DNA of 64,000 nt, from IMG/VR virus record IMGVR_UViG_3300028591_000136, positions 37,108 through 101,107 of that record. The stretch is one strand, 5' to 3'. Position numbers and translations under genes: made by a program. Positions 30,023 to 39,257 of this stretch are shown here, piece by piece (position 1 is the first letter of the stretch; each line of letters starts with the position of its first letter). The DNA comes from a virus (taxonomy: Duplodnaviria; Caudoviricetes). The notes beneath the pieces were generated by a model. The model saw nothing but the letters and a program-made list of their open reading frames with translations, was not told the origin of the DNA and did not search any database.

Positions 30023-30187
30023 TAAATCTTGCGGGATTTAGTTGTTATATTATCGAGGTAGTATAATGACATCAAGGTGAACAGAGTAACGGTTATATCG
30101 TGTCTTTATCGATACGCTTTTTATTTATAAAACTTATCTCGCTTAAAACTCTTGCGGGAGTTAGGGGATGGAGTCTTGCGGGACTCC
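29830..30187 (+). repeat. Four hairpins with invariant TC-TTGCGG-GA apex and variable stems
   Basis: 29830-29845, 30023-30040, 30147-30162 and 30170-30187. Confidence 0.8.
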
Positions 30188-30302
30188 TCCCCACAGAGAT
30201 TTGTTTTAGCTTTATATTAGGTTATACTAATATAGAGCACGTAGGTAATCTCGAATTCAATATTAATTAACGGAAGTCTAACTAAAATCAAGTGTTATAA
30301 TT

Positions 30303-30845
30303 ATGACGAAATCAATTAAGTTGAATTCAGGTAAGATCATCGCTATGCGTGATGAGATTAATAGTAAGAAAAAGAAGTACTGGAACTATATTAAGGCAGA
30401 GAATCTGCTCTCTAAGAAGGAGATTAAGAATGGTTACCGTACACACGATCTGAAGGAGCTCTATAATGAGATTACTCAGATGGCAGAGAAACTTGTCTAC
30501 ATTAAGGGTATGTTGTTCTATTTGAATATGGGCATGACCGAGTTTGACAAGGAGGAGTTTAAGAAGACAAACAACTATAGTATTTTTATGGCTTGCGAGA
30601 TGAAGGAGGCTATTTGTCAGTTGAAGATGATTCCTACTCTCGATTCCAAGACTAAGGCTCAGAAGGGTCTTAAAGCTATGAGTAAGGATGAGATTTTTAC
30701 TTCAGCTAAGATTGCTGCCTTGATTAAGGATTTGCAGTTGAAGGCTAATAAGTTTGATGCTGATATGGAGAACTTTAATAACAATACAGAGATCTCTATT
30801 GATGAGACAACATCAGACATGTTTAAGACTGATATCACAGCATAA
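30303..30845 (+). CDS. Hypothetical coiled-coil protein
   Basis: 180-aa ORF. Confidence 0.85.
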   Translation: MTKSIKLNSGKIIAMRDEINSKKKKYWNYIKAENLLSKKEIKNGYRTHDLKELYNEITQMAEKLVYIKGMLFYLNMGMTEFDKEEFKKTNNYSIFMACEMKEAICQLKMIPTLDSKTKAQKGLKAMSKDEIFTSAKIAALIKDLQLKANKFDADMENFNNNTEISIDETTSDMFKTDITA

Positions 30846-30972
30846 AATACATATAGATCAGATAAGTTGGTGCATATGTGTAAAAGCGTATGAGCGGATC
30901 GTTCCCGCACTGATCACTATTAATTCCCAAATTAATTAACATGTATAACAATTTAAAATATTTATCAAAAAT

Positions 30973-31683
30973 ATGACTAAGAATAATACAGTAGACACTG
31001 CCCAGAAGGGTCAGACTACAATAGATAAGACTCCTACAGGTAAAGTAAAGACTTTAAAGACTGCTGAAGAGCGTCGTAAAGTACGTGAAGAACAGTATCG
31101 TAACTTCCGCATCAATGCACTACGTCGTCGTTGTAAGCGTTATGGCTTTGATGAGGAGAAGACGGAAGAGTTCGTTAAGAAACTCATCGAACAGATGGAT
31201 GCTCCTAAAGAGTACTCTATTCTCATCATGTTGTCTGTAAAAGACGGTTCTATGATGAAGGAAGCGCTTGCAAAAGCAAACATTACCTATAAGTATCACG
31301 GAGATACATATTTCTCTATAGACGGCAACCAGAAAGTACTAGCTAAAATACGAGAGATAGCACCACCGAGTGCTAAAATCTACCCGTATTCCAAGAAGAT
31401 GGAATCAGTCTTGCCTAAGCAAGAGAAGGAGGTTATAAAGAAGCCTACTAACAATACTGCAGAGAAGAAGGCAGCAGCTAATCCGAAGCGTCCTATGCAT
31501 AAAGCTGTAAAGTCTACACGATACTTTCACCGTATGCAGAAGGGTCGTTATAAGAATCTACGAGAGGTTTTTCTCGCCCACAAGCGTTCAAAAAAGCACA
31601 AGGCTACAACTGTCCAGCTTAATGCTAAGAAGAGCTCTACGGGCTCGAAAAAGGCCTCTACGAACCTCAAAAAAGCTGCATAA
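30973..31683 (+). CDS. Hypothetical Lys-rich basic protein
   Basis: 236-aa ORF. Confidence 0.8.
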   Translation: MTKNNTVDTAQKGQTTIDKTPTGKVKTLKTAEERRKVREEQYRNFRINALRRRCKRYGFDEEKTEEFVKKLIEQMDAPKEYSILIMLSVKDGSMMKEALAKANITYKYHGDTYFSIDGNQKVLAKIREIAPPSAKIYPYSKKMESVLPKQEKEVIKKPTNNTAEKKAAANPKRPMHKAVKSTRYFHRMQKGRYKNLREVFLAHKRSKKHKATTVQLNAKKSSTGSKKASTNLKKAA

Positions 31684-31698
31684 GAAAGGAGGTAAGCT

Positions 31699-32484
31699 AT
31701 GAAAGATAGTAGACAACGTGCAAAAATAGTTCGTAGAAGAAAAGTAGCGAACCTTGCAGCCTATAGTCGTCAGCACACCGTTAGAAATTGTGTAATTCCT
31801 AAAGCTGCAGAAGACTGGAAAATTATTCCATTTGGTAGTAAAATACAGCAAGACTTCAAGAATAAGTATCCATCTATACAGTCTGGATGTGGAATTGCTT
31901 ACAGAATAGATGATAAAGGCAATATACATTTAAAAGATGATAGTTGGAAGGATCCGGATGAAGGATATCCGCAGTATAAACCTATGATGAAGAAGCATGT
32001 TGAGTGGATTTATAACAAAGAAACTCATATGACTGAGAAAGTACATGTAGCTTCAACATTCCCAACGAAGAAGTATGTTGACATACAGAAGTCGCTGTGG
32101 AAAAATCTAGGCTCAGCAGCCAAGATGGAGCTTTATACTCAAGATAAGCTCAAGAAATGGGAAAAGAAACATCCAAAGCCATGTCCTAACGACGATTTGT
32201 TCAAGGACGAATTCATTCCTCAGTGGGAACACGAAAGGGAAGAGGCTTTGATTCGCATCAGAGACTTCGTTGTCTCAATGTTCGACAAACTAAAGGTAAC
32301 AGCGTCATTGATACCACCACTTCCAGCAAAAGAAATATTGTTGGCAAAAATAAAAGACCGTGGTAACGATAAAAATGTCGAAGTTGCTACAAAAATTGCA
32401 AAGCAAGCAATGAAGAACAATAAACACATTCTTCATTGTCAGTTGCTAGACCACAAAGAGAAATCTTATCGTCTAGTAGCATAA
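31699..32484 (+). CDS. Hypothetical protein
   Basis: 261-aa ORF. Confidence 0.8.
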   Translation: MKDSRQRAKIVRRRKVANLAAYSRQHTVRNCVIPKAAEDWKIIPFGSKIQQDFKNKYPSIQSGCGIAYRIDDKGNIHLKDDSWKDPDEGYPQYKPMMKKHVEWIYNKETHMTEKVHVASTFPTKKYVDIQKSLWKNLGSAAKMELYTQDKLKKWEKKHPKPCPNDDLFKDEFIPQWEHEREEALIRIRDFVVSMFDKLKVTASLIPPLPAKEILLAKIKDRGNDKNVEVATKIAKQAMKNNKHILHCQLLDHKEKSYRLVA

Positions 32485-32597
32485 AAATTACAAAGCCGCA
32501 TAATGCACAGTAAAGCCTCTAGATAGTATTCGGGAGTTTGTGAAAACACCTTTGAGTGCAACACTATACGTGACGCTATCTATGTAACTGTGTAAAA

Positions 32598-32722
32598 GAG
32601 TGAGTTGGCGAAATAGGTAGACGCGGCTCTGCAACTATCAGCGTAACGTTGACGGAAGTCATTAAATGATAGTATTGTGGGGCTGTCGAAAGACATATGG
32701 GTTCGAGTCCCATACTCACTCC
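32598..32722 (+). ncRNA. tRNA-Leu-like element whose anticodon arm is replaced by a long branched stem
   Basis: Acceptor GAGTGAGT/ACTCACTC, Leu-type D arm GGCGAAATAGGTAGACGC, variable arm TGTC-GAAA-GACA, T-arm ATGGG-TTCGAGT-CCCAT. Confidence 0.65.
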
Positions 32723-32749
32723 TAGTATTAACTAAAGAACCTTTGAGTC

Positions 32750-34774
32750 ATGTGGATACGAGATCGTAAAGTCGTTGTTTTCGACATAGAGATCTTCCAG
32801 AATTGTTTCCACTGTTGCTGTAAAGACACAGAAAGTAAAAGAATAATAAACTTTGAAATATCAGAAAGAAAGAACCAACTAGAAAATTTAGCTGGTTTCT
32901 TTTATTATAATGATTATGCATCACAATGTATGTTTTGTGGTTATAATAATCACCATTACGATGATGTTATAATTAATTATATAATAGATTACAAAGATAA
33001 ACTGACAGGTCTGCCTTACTGGAGGATCTGTCAGTCTCTTTTCAATCTTTCACAAACTATAGTGGAAGACGAGGAGGGAAGTCGTGAGAAAGTCAAACGA
33101 TGGAAGTATGCACATTATTTTCAATCTATGGATTTACTCACAATGATGTTTAGTCAAAAGCTTCGTGTAGGTCTTAAAACTATGCAAGCTACGATGCACT
33201 ATCATAATGTATATGAATATGAAGGAGACTTTAATAAGCCTATACCTCCTACTGAAATAGACAATATGATAGGGTATAACATCAACGATGTCGAATCAAC
33301 AGAAGAGTTATTAAACCAGTTGAAAGAGCAAATCGATTTAAGATTATTCATCGAAAAAGAACACGGCATAGATTGTCTCTCTATGGACAGTGTTAAGATG
33401 GCAGAGACCTTTCTATTAGAAGAATATTCTAAGAGATCAGGTATTCCTAAAAATGTTATAAAGGAAATGCGTTCTCCAATGGATTATATACCGTTGAAGG
33501 ATGTTATTCTGCCATTTATAAAATATAAAAATCCAAAGTTACAAGACGTTCTAGAGGATATGAAGAAACAGATCGTATACTCTAAAGAGCGCAAAGGCTA
33601 TGAGAAGAAGTTTGTTCTCTCAAATGTGGTGTATTCTGTGGGTGTAGGTGGAATTCATTCCATTCATAGTCCACAAATATTCCTCCCTAAAGATAACGAG
33701 CACATTGGACACGCCGACGTTACGTCCATGTATCCGTCTTTGTTGATTAAATATCAGCTTGGACCTCGTCACTTAGGAAAATTATTTTGCGATATATTCG
33801 AAGGTATTTACCACGAGCGAGTAGAAGCAAAACGTACTGGTCAAAAAATTAAGAATCTGTTTCTAAAGATCGTGCTTAATTCTCCTACAGGAAAAATGCA
33901 ACAGGAGGTGAGTTGGATGTATGATCCGTTCAACGTTTTTAAGATTAGAATAAACGGTCAGCTAATTCTTTTAATGCTCGTAGACAGGCTTTTAGAGCTT
34001 GGCTGTGAAATTATTCAGGTCAACACTGATGGCGTTGTCTACAGAGCTAAAAACAGCCTTAGAGAAGGAATTGAGAGAGCCATCTCAGAGGTAGAACAGA
34101 TAACCCAACTTGGTTTTGAAGTAGATGAGTACGAAGCCTTCTATCAGTATGCTATTAATGACTACTTTGGGGTCTTAGCAAACGGAGAGATAGAAGAAAA
34201 AGGTATGTTTATTACGAAGACAAAACTTGGAAAAGGATTGTCTCCAGTGGTAATTCCAAAAGCAGTAATAAACTACTTTGTCCATCATATACCAGTGACA
34301 GAAACTATTGAGAAGGACAGAGACATCCGGGATTTCTTAATGTCACAAGCAGTAGATAAGAAATTCAAAGTTATACATGGTGATAAACCTGTACAACGTA
34401 TCAATAGATTTTATGCAAGTACAAATGGGCCGTATTTGTTCAAAGGTCTTGTAGACCCAATGCGTGTTGTACAATTCGTAAAGATTACTTTTAAGGACGG
34501 TACAACAGTAGAGGCACCTAGAAGCGAAGTAGAAGAACAAGGAAGATATTGGTATAATTCCGATATTGCTTCTATTGAAAATATAGGTACAAGAACTATA
34601 AATTTGAATGAAGTAGAAGGCTTACAAAATATGCTAACTAAATCAGGAGTAACAATCCTGAATAAGTTTGATGATCGCCCGATAGAAGATCGTAAGATTA
34701 ACTATCGTTACTATATCAGTGAAGCCAAGAAAGTGATAGCGGACTTTACTGAACAACAGCTATCATTATTTTAG
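32750..34774 (+). CDS. Family B DNA polymerase
   Basis: ExoI FDIE, GYNNHHYDD, YNINDV; polymerase motifs DVTSMYPS, KIVLNSPTGK and NTDG; C-terminal QLSLF. Confidence 0.92.
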   Translation: MWIRDRKVVVFDIEIFQNCFHCCCKDTESKRIINFEISERKNQLENLAGFFYYNDYASQCMFCGYNNHHYDDVIINYIIDYKDKLTGLPYWRICQSLFNLSQTIVEDEEGSREKVKRWKYAHYFQSMDLLTMMFSQKLRVGLKTMQATMHYHNVYEYEGDFNKPIPPTEIDNMIGYNINDVESTEELLNQLKEQIDLRLFIEKEHGIDCLSMDSVKMAETFLLEEYSKRSGIPKNVIKEMRSPMDYIPLKDVILPFIKYKNPKLQDVLEDMKKQIVYSKERKGYEKKFVLSNVVYSVGVGGIHSIHSPQIFLPKDNEHIGHADVTSMYPSLLIKYQLGPRHLGKLFCDIFEGIYHERVEAKRTGQKIKNLFLKIVLNSPTGKMQQEVSWMYDPFNVFKIRINGQLILLMLVDRLLELGCEIIQVNTDGVVYRAKNSLREGIERAISEVEQITQLGFEVDEYEAFYQYAINDYFGVLANGEIEEKGMFITKTKLGKGLSPVVIPKAVINYFVHHIPVTETIEKDRDIRDFLMSQAVDKKFKVIHGDKPVQRINRFYASTNGPYLFKGLVDPMRVVQFVKITFKDGTTVEAPRSEVEEQGRYWYNSDIASIENIGTRTINLNEVEGLQNMLTKSGVTILNKFDDRPIEDRKINYRYYISEAKKVIADFTEQQLSLF

Positions 34775-34803
34775 TAACCAACTTAGAACCGAGAGTCAAT
34801 AGT

Positions 34804-35370
34804 ATGATTATTGAAGTAAACACAAAAATTCTGGATGAAAATCCAGAGCTAAATTCAAATCAGTTATTGTTCCTAAGTATTGTATTGGATAAGAATCAAC
34901 CCAAATATCAAGACGTCCGCAAGATTGTCAGCCTAATCAGCGACGACGAGATACAATACTTAGTCGATCAACATTTGATCACCTCGATAGGGAGAGATGA
35001 TTCAGTTACATACGAAGCAACGGATAAGTTAAAAGAACAAATAGCACCTAAAAAGGACTACTTTGACTTATTCTATGATATGTATCCTGTGTATGTTGTT
35101 AGAGCGGATGGTAGTAAATCTTATTTGCGTGCAAATGTGAATAAGTGTCGTCATTTCTTTAACCTCAAATGTGGTCGTAGCTCAGCTATGGCAGAACATA
35201 TAATTAAGTGTCTAGATTACGAAGTCTCTAAGAGAATGCGTGAAGGAAGCTTAAGTTATATGATGACTATGTGGAATTGGTTAACCCGTAGTCAGTGGGA
35301 AGCAATTGAAGATGAAATGAATGATAATACTAAACAATCAGTGAACTCTTATGGAACAGAACTTATCTAA
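34804..35370 (+). CDS. Putative replication initiator or helicase-loader-like protein
   Basis: Lies between PolB and the helicase; FDLFYDMYP...WLTRSQWE pattern. Confidence 0.55.
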   Translation: MIIEVNTKILDENPELNSNQLLFLSIVLDKNQPKYQDVRKIVSLISDDEIQYLVDQHLITSIGRDDSVTYEATDKLKEQIAPKKDYFDLFYDMYPVYVVRADGSKSYLRANVNKCRHFFNLKCGRSSAMAEHIIKCLDYEVSKRMREGSLSYMMTMWNWLTRSQWEAIEDEMNDNTKQSVNSYGTELI

Positions 35371-36274
35371 TATTCGACCTATGTCAGTTGTAGCTCAAGA
35401 AGCTATCAACTATATAGCAGGACGTAGAGAACATTCTATTGCGTCATTGAAGACTAGATGGGTTAAGTTTAATAAGCAGTGTATGGGAGGTATTGAACCA
35501 AATACCGTTTACACCATAGCTGGTATATCTGGAACAGGTAAATCAAGTTGGGTTAACAGCTTGACAACCGATTTAATTGATTTGAATCCAACTGAAGAGA
35601 TAGTTATTCTAAATTTCTCATTAGAGATGGTTGGATTTAGGCAAGTTGGAAGAACGCTTTCGAATAAACTTCGTAAAACGACTTCTACCTTGTATAGTTC
35701 GGAGACGGACCTTGATGACGAAACATTTAAAAAAGTCATTGCAGTATCTAATCAACTGAAAGAGTATCCTATCTATTTTGTAGATAATCCAGGTACTCCT
35801 TCAGAGGTAGAAAAAACTATTCGATCTTTCTACGAAACCTATGTGAAAGGCACTAAAAAGCATTTCATTATAGTGTACGATCATACATTGCTGACGAAAC
35901 AAGTTGGTTCAGTTATTGAAACAACATCAGAGCTTGAGCGAGTATTTATACAAGCTAAGAAGTTCCCTTTAACGTCTGTGGTGCAGATTGCACAAATGAA
36001 TAGAAATATCGAGTCTTCAGAGAGGATAAATAACCCATCGAGTCATTACCCGATGCGCAGTGATTTATCGTCATCTGATGCAATGTTTCAAGCGAGCGAT
36101 TATGTGCTCGTGATGCATAGACCAGAAATATTGAACATTCAAGAGTACGGTCCAAACCGTTTACCTACACAAAATAAGGTCTACATGCACATGTTGAAAA
36201 ACAGAGATGCAGGTAAACCTTGTATATTGGAATTCGAGAACGATTTGATGTACAACAATCTGATCGAGAGTTAA
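35351..36274 (+). CDS. DnaB-like replicative helicase
   Basis: AGISGTGKS, FSLEM, YDH, QMNR, SDLSSS..FQASD and KNRDAG. Confidence 0.9.
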   Translation: MEQNLSNIRPMSVVAQEAINYIAGRREHSIASLKTRWVKFNKQCMGGIEPNTVYTIAGISGTGKSSWVNSLTTDLIDLNPTEEIVILNFSLEMVGFRQVGRTLSNKLRKTTSTLYSSETDLDDETFKKVIAVSNQLKEYPIYFVDNPGTPSEVEKTIRSFYETYVKGTKKHFIIVYDHTLLTKQVGSVIETTSELERVFIQAKKFPLTSVVQIAQMNRNIESSERINNPSSHYPMRSDLSSSDAMFQASDYVLVMHRPEILNIQEYGPNRLPTQNKVYMHMLKNRDAGKPCILEFENDLMYNNLIES

Positions 36275-36315
36275 TGCTCAGATGACAAGTATTAACTTAA
36301 AAATTAGGCTGAATT

Positions 36316-36786
36316 ATGATTACGACATACACTTTTGGTAAGAAGAACAATAATAATAATTTTAACTTTTTTCACACTAGTAGCAAACCCGATTATTCTA
36401 AGATCCTTGATGATATTATCATTACTGATATAATCGATAAGAATGATTTCTTGACTAAGGATTATAGTACTAAGAAGGCTGACGCTGATTACTTCATGAG
36501 TAAGACTTCTAGTCCCGCTCTGATTAACGCTACTAAGTTCCTCGCCAATTATAAGACGTATTCAAAGAAGTATACTCTGCCGTATATTATCGGTAAGTGC
36601 TATACTCTTTCCGATGGTACTCCTATTGTGTTCTACGAGAACAATATTCAGATTGGTTATGATTTCTTCGATTATGATGATTTCAACGACCTGTCTTTCT
36701 TTGATTCTCTGACGAAGAAGAACAAGAAGATTATCATCGATATTTACTTGAAGGGTGCTAAGAATATTAATATTAACATCCTTTAA
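36316..36786 (+). CDS. Hypothetical protein
   Basis: 156-aa ORF. Confidence 0.8.
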   Translation: MITTYTFGKKNNNNNFNFFHTSSKPDYSKILDDIIITDIIDKNDFLTKDYSTKKADADYFMSKTSSPALINATKFLANYKTYSKKYTLPYIIGKCYTLSDGTPIVFYENNIQIGYDFFDYDDFNDLSFFDSLTKKNKKIIIDIYLKGAKNININIL

Positions 36787-36811
36787 TTAATCATTAGAAC
36801 TATAAGTCAAT

Positions 36812-37555
36812 ATGATAACTTTACCTACTCAAAAAGTTCCTGCAACTTCAACGAATCCGCAGTACTTGGTCTTATACGGTCTACCTAAAGCTGGTAAGAC
36901 TAGTGCTGTAGCACAGTTGGAGAATAATCTCATCATAGACCTTGAAGGCGGATCTAAGTTCATTGATGCGCTAGCTGTTCAGGCACGTACCATCAATGAT
37001 CTTGGAGAGATTGCACAAGCCATTCGAGCTAAGAACGATGAGTTGGGACATAATTTTTATAAACACATTACAATAGACAATGCTACACGTCTTGAAGACA
37101 TTTGTATGTCTTATGCTTGCACTCTTTATAGACAAACGGAGCTTGGTAAGAATTGGAAAGGAACAGACGTTACTACGCTCGCCAGAGGTGCAGGTTATAA
37201 GTACCTACGAGACGCCGTTAAAAAGGTGATAGATATGTTTAAAGACTTGTGCGATGAATTTATTTTGATAGGACATGTCAAAGATAGTATCACCGATAAA
37301 GACGGGGAAGAGGTCAATGCAAAAGAAATCGACCTCGTCGGAAAACTTGGGAAAATTGTGTGTGGTATGGCCGACGCTGTCGGGTACGTCTATCGCAAAG
37401 ATAATGAAACTCACATCAGTTTCAAATCTGGAGGAGACGGAACGATTATGGAAGCAAGAGCTAGGCATATCGCGGGTCAAGATATTGTTATAGCTACTGG
37501 AAACGAAGACGGTAGTATAACAACATATTGGAATCGTGTTTATAAACCTGAATAA
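36812..37555 (+). CDS. AAA_24/Sak4-like ATPase
   Basis: YGLPKAGKT, IDLEGG, ITIDNAT and LIGH. Confidence 0.85.
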   Translation: MITLPTQKVPATSTNPQYLVLYGLPKAGKTSAVAQLENNLIIDLEGGSKFIDALAVQARTINDLGEIAQAIRAKNDELGHNFYKHITIDNATRLEDICMSYACTLYRQTELGKNWKGTDVTTLARGAGYKYLRDAVKKVIDMFKDLCDEFILIGHVKDSITDKDGEEVNAKEIDLVGKLGKIVCGMADAVGYVYRKDNETHISFKSGGDGTIMEARARHIAGQDIVIATGNEDGSITTYWNRVYKPE

Positions 37556-37581
37556 GAACCTAGAGTCAATATCAGAAAATT

Positions 37582-38175
37582 ATGTATAGTACAAAAACAG
37601 CAACAACAAATAACGAGGAATTTAGTTCCTCATATATGCCTGTAGGCATCAACGAAAATGTTACTTTGAAAGAAGTAAATGTAAACAAAACTCCTCAAGG
37701 TCGTGATTTCTTAGAGATTATCTTTGAGAATGAGGACGGCCAGACAGCAACTATGACTGAGTGGAAGAACGAAAAGAATATGTGGATTACTACAGACGAA
37801 GATTTACAGCGTCGTGATAATCAGCAGTTTGGTCGTATTCTGCAGGTTATTGATGCAGTTAAAGGTGGTCATAACGATTTTGAAGGCTCTTCATTTATCG
37901 AGATGATTAACTGGGTGAAGAGTTGTCTTAATGATGGAGATAATGACCAAGTACGTCTTAAGGTTGTTTACGACAAGAAGGGCTTTACGAAAGTTAGCTC
38001 TCTTGGTACTTTTGTTGAACCTATGAGTGTAACAGAGTCTCAGATTAAGCTTTGGAAGAACGATCTTCTGGAGCGTCCAGTAGTAGCGGATAAAGAACCC
38101 GCTGCTGATCCGCTCAGTGTAACAGCTGCTCCGGTGACTGCAGACTCTACAGGTGCTGACGACCTGCCGTTTTAA
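37582..38175 (+). CDS. Putative single-stranded DNA-binding protein
   Basis: Follows the Sak4-like ATPase; beta-rich with acidic GADDLPF tail. Confidence 0.7.
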   Translation: MYSTKTATTNNEEFSSSYMPVGINENVTLKEVNVNKTPQGRDFLEIIFENEDGQTATMTEWKNEKNMWITTDEDLQRRDNQQFGRILQVIDAVKGGHNDFEGSSFIEMINWVKSCLNDGDNDQVRLKVVYDKKGFTKVSSLGTFVEPMSVTESQIKLWKNDLLERPVVADKEPAADPLSVTAAPVTADSTGADDLPF

Positions 38176-38301
38176 TCATCTTGTTTGGTGGAGGGATAAA
38201 CCATACCATCCAAGTATATTAAGACAGATAATAATGGTCAGTGGTGGAGGACTGATAGGTTAATCCTGTCAGCCCCTAACAAGATTTTTATTCTTCATAT
38301 T

Positions 38302-38714
38302 TGCTATGGCGAGAAATCCCATAGTAGAATCTCCCTAAAACGGTGAAAATCCTTATACGAGATAATTTTGGTGTAATAGGAAACACGTCACTTATAGTGA
38401 AGACCAAGGTTCGAGTCTGCGACTTTATCTCGACACTAACCAATAATGTGTAAGGATAATACCGTGCTAAATTGAATTATAATCTAGCAAATTACGTTTT
38501 AATACTAGTATACGTGTAAAGATTTGCATAATTCATAAATGTGTAGAGAGTATATAGGAGATACCTAAGTTGAAATTTATTAAAAGACTGGTCATGACCA
38601 ACCGTTATTACCTTAAAGTGTGGGGTATGAGGAATACTAAGCTGTTAAGAGAGGTGTTGTGCGGCAGGGTGCATTTAATATCTTGCAAGAATTTCAATAT
38701 GGTAAAAATACTCT
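38302..38714 (+). mobile_element. Group I intron catalytic core, intergenic; exons not identified
   Basis: P3 ATCTCC/GGAGAT, P4 ACGGT/ACCGT, P5 ATCCTTA/TAAGGAT, J6/7-P7 GTGTAGAGAGTA pairing with TACTC (38709), and P8 TACC/GGTA. Confidence 0.65.
38358..38432 (+). ncRNA. Degenerate tRNA-like domain inside P5 of the intron core
   Basis: CGAGATAA/TTATCTCG, D-arm GTGT-AATAGGAA-ACAC, TCACT-TAT-AGTGA and GGTTCGAGT. Confidence 0.45.
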
Positions 38715-38717
38715 TTG

Positions 38718-38798
38718 GAAATCAGTAGTCTAGAGGTTATGACGATCAACTACAAGATAATTGATGGACTGTGGGGTTCGATTCCCCATCTGATTACA
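38718..38798 (+). ncRNA. tRNA-like element with 11-nt anticodon loop
   Basis: AATCAG/CTGATT, GTC..GAC, ATCAA-CTACAAGATAA-TTGAT and GTGGGG-TTCGATT-CCCCAT. Confidence 0.65.
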
Positions 38799-38819
38799 AT
38801 AATTTTAATTTTTTAAAAC

Positions 38820-38930
38820 ATGAGCAAAGAATTTAAACTTAATTTTGAATGGAATACACGCGATAATAAAAATGATGCACGTGTAGGAGCAATGTACTGT
38901 TTTAAGTACTGCGACATTTGTAAAAACTAA
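38820..38930 (+). CDS. Small hypothetical protein (36 aa)
   Basis: ATG with A/T-rich leader. Confidence 0.4.
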   Translation: MSKEFKLNFEWNTRDNKNDARVGAMYCFKYCDICKN

Positions 38931-38931
38931 A

Positions 38932-39084
38932 ATGGAAGAAAAGAAGTTCAAACATGGAACAAAAGAGTACTGGATGGACTGGTACTGGAACAGAGGTGGA
39001 CGAGAAAAAGTCCAAGCTAAACGTTATATACGAGAGTATGAACGTGAAAAGAAAAAACGGAGGGCACGTACCTCAGTTGAATAG
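38932..39084 (+). CDS. Small basic protein (50 aa)
   Basis: MEEKKFKHGTKEYWMDWYWNRGG...; its TAG stop lies inside the next tRNA-like element. Confidence 0.5.
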   Translation: MEEKKFKHGTKEYWMDWYWNRGGREKVQAKRYIREYEREKKKRRARTSVE

Positions 39085-39139
39085 AGGTCTGGCGCGAAAG
39101 TTAGCCGGAAAGTCGTGGGTTTGAGTCCCACCGTGTCCA
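39062..39139 (+). ncRNA. tRNA-like element with Ala-type acceptor (G3:U70, A73) and 10-nt anticodon loop
   Basis: GGGCACG/CGTGTCC-A, CCTC/GAGG, CTGGC-GCGAAAGTTA-GCCGG and GTGGG-TTTGAGT-CCCAC. Confidence 0.7.
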
Positions 39140-39257
39140 CAAGAGGTCAAATCATATCGCTCCTCTTAGAAATAAACACGGCGGTATGTGGGTTGGAAGT
39201 TTTATTCAAACTGTGTAAAAGACAAAGAATATACAAAAGAGTTTAAGATGACCTAAA

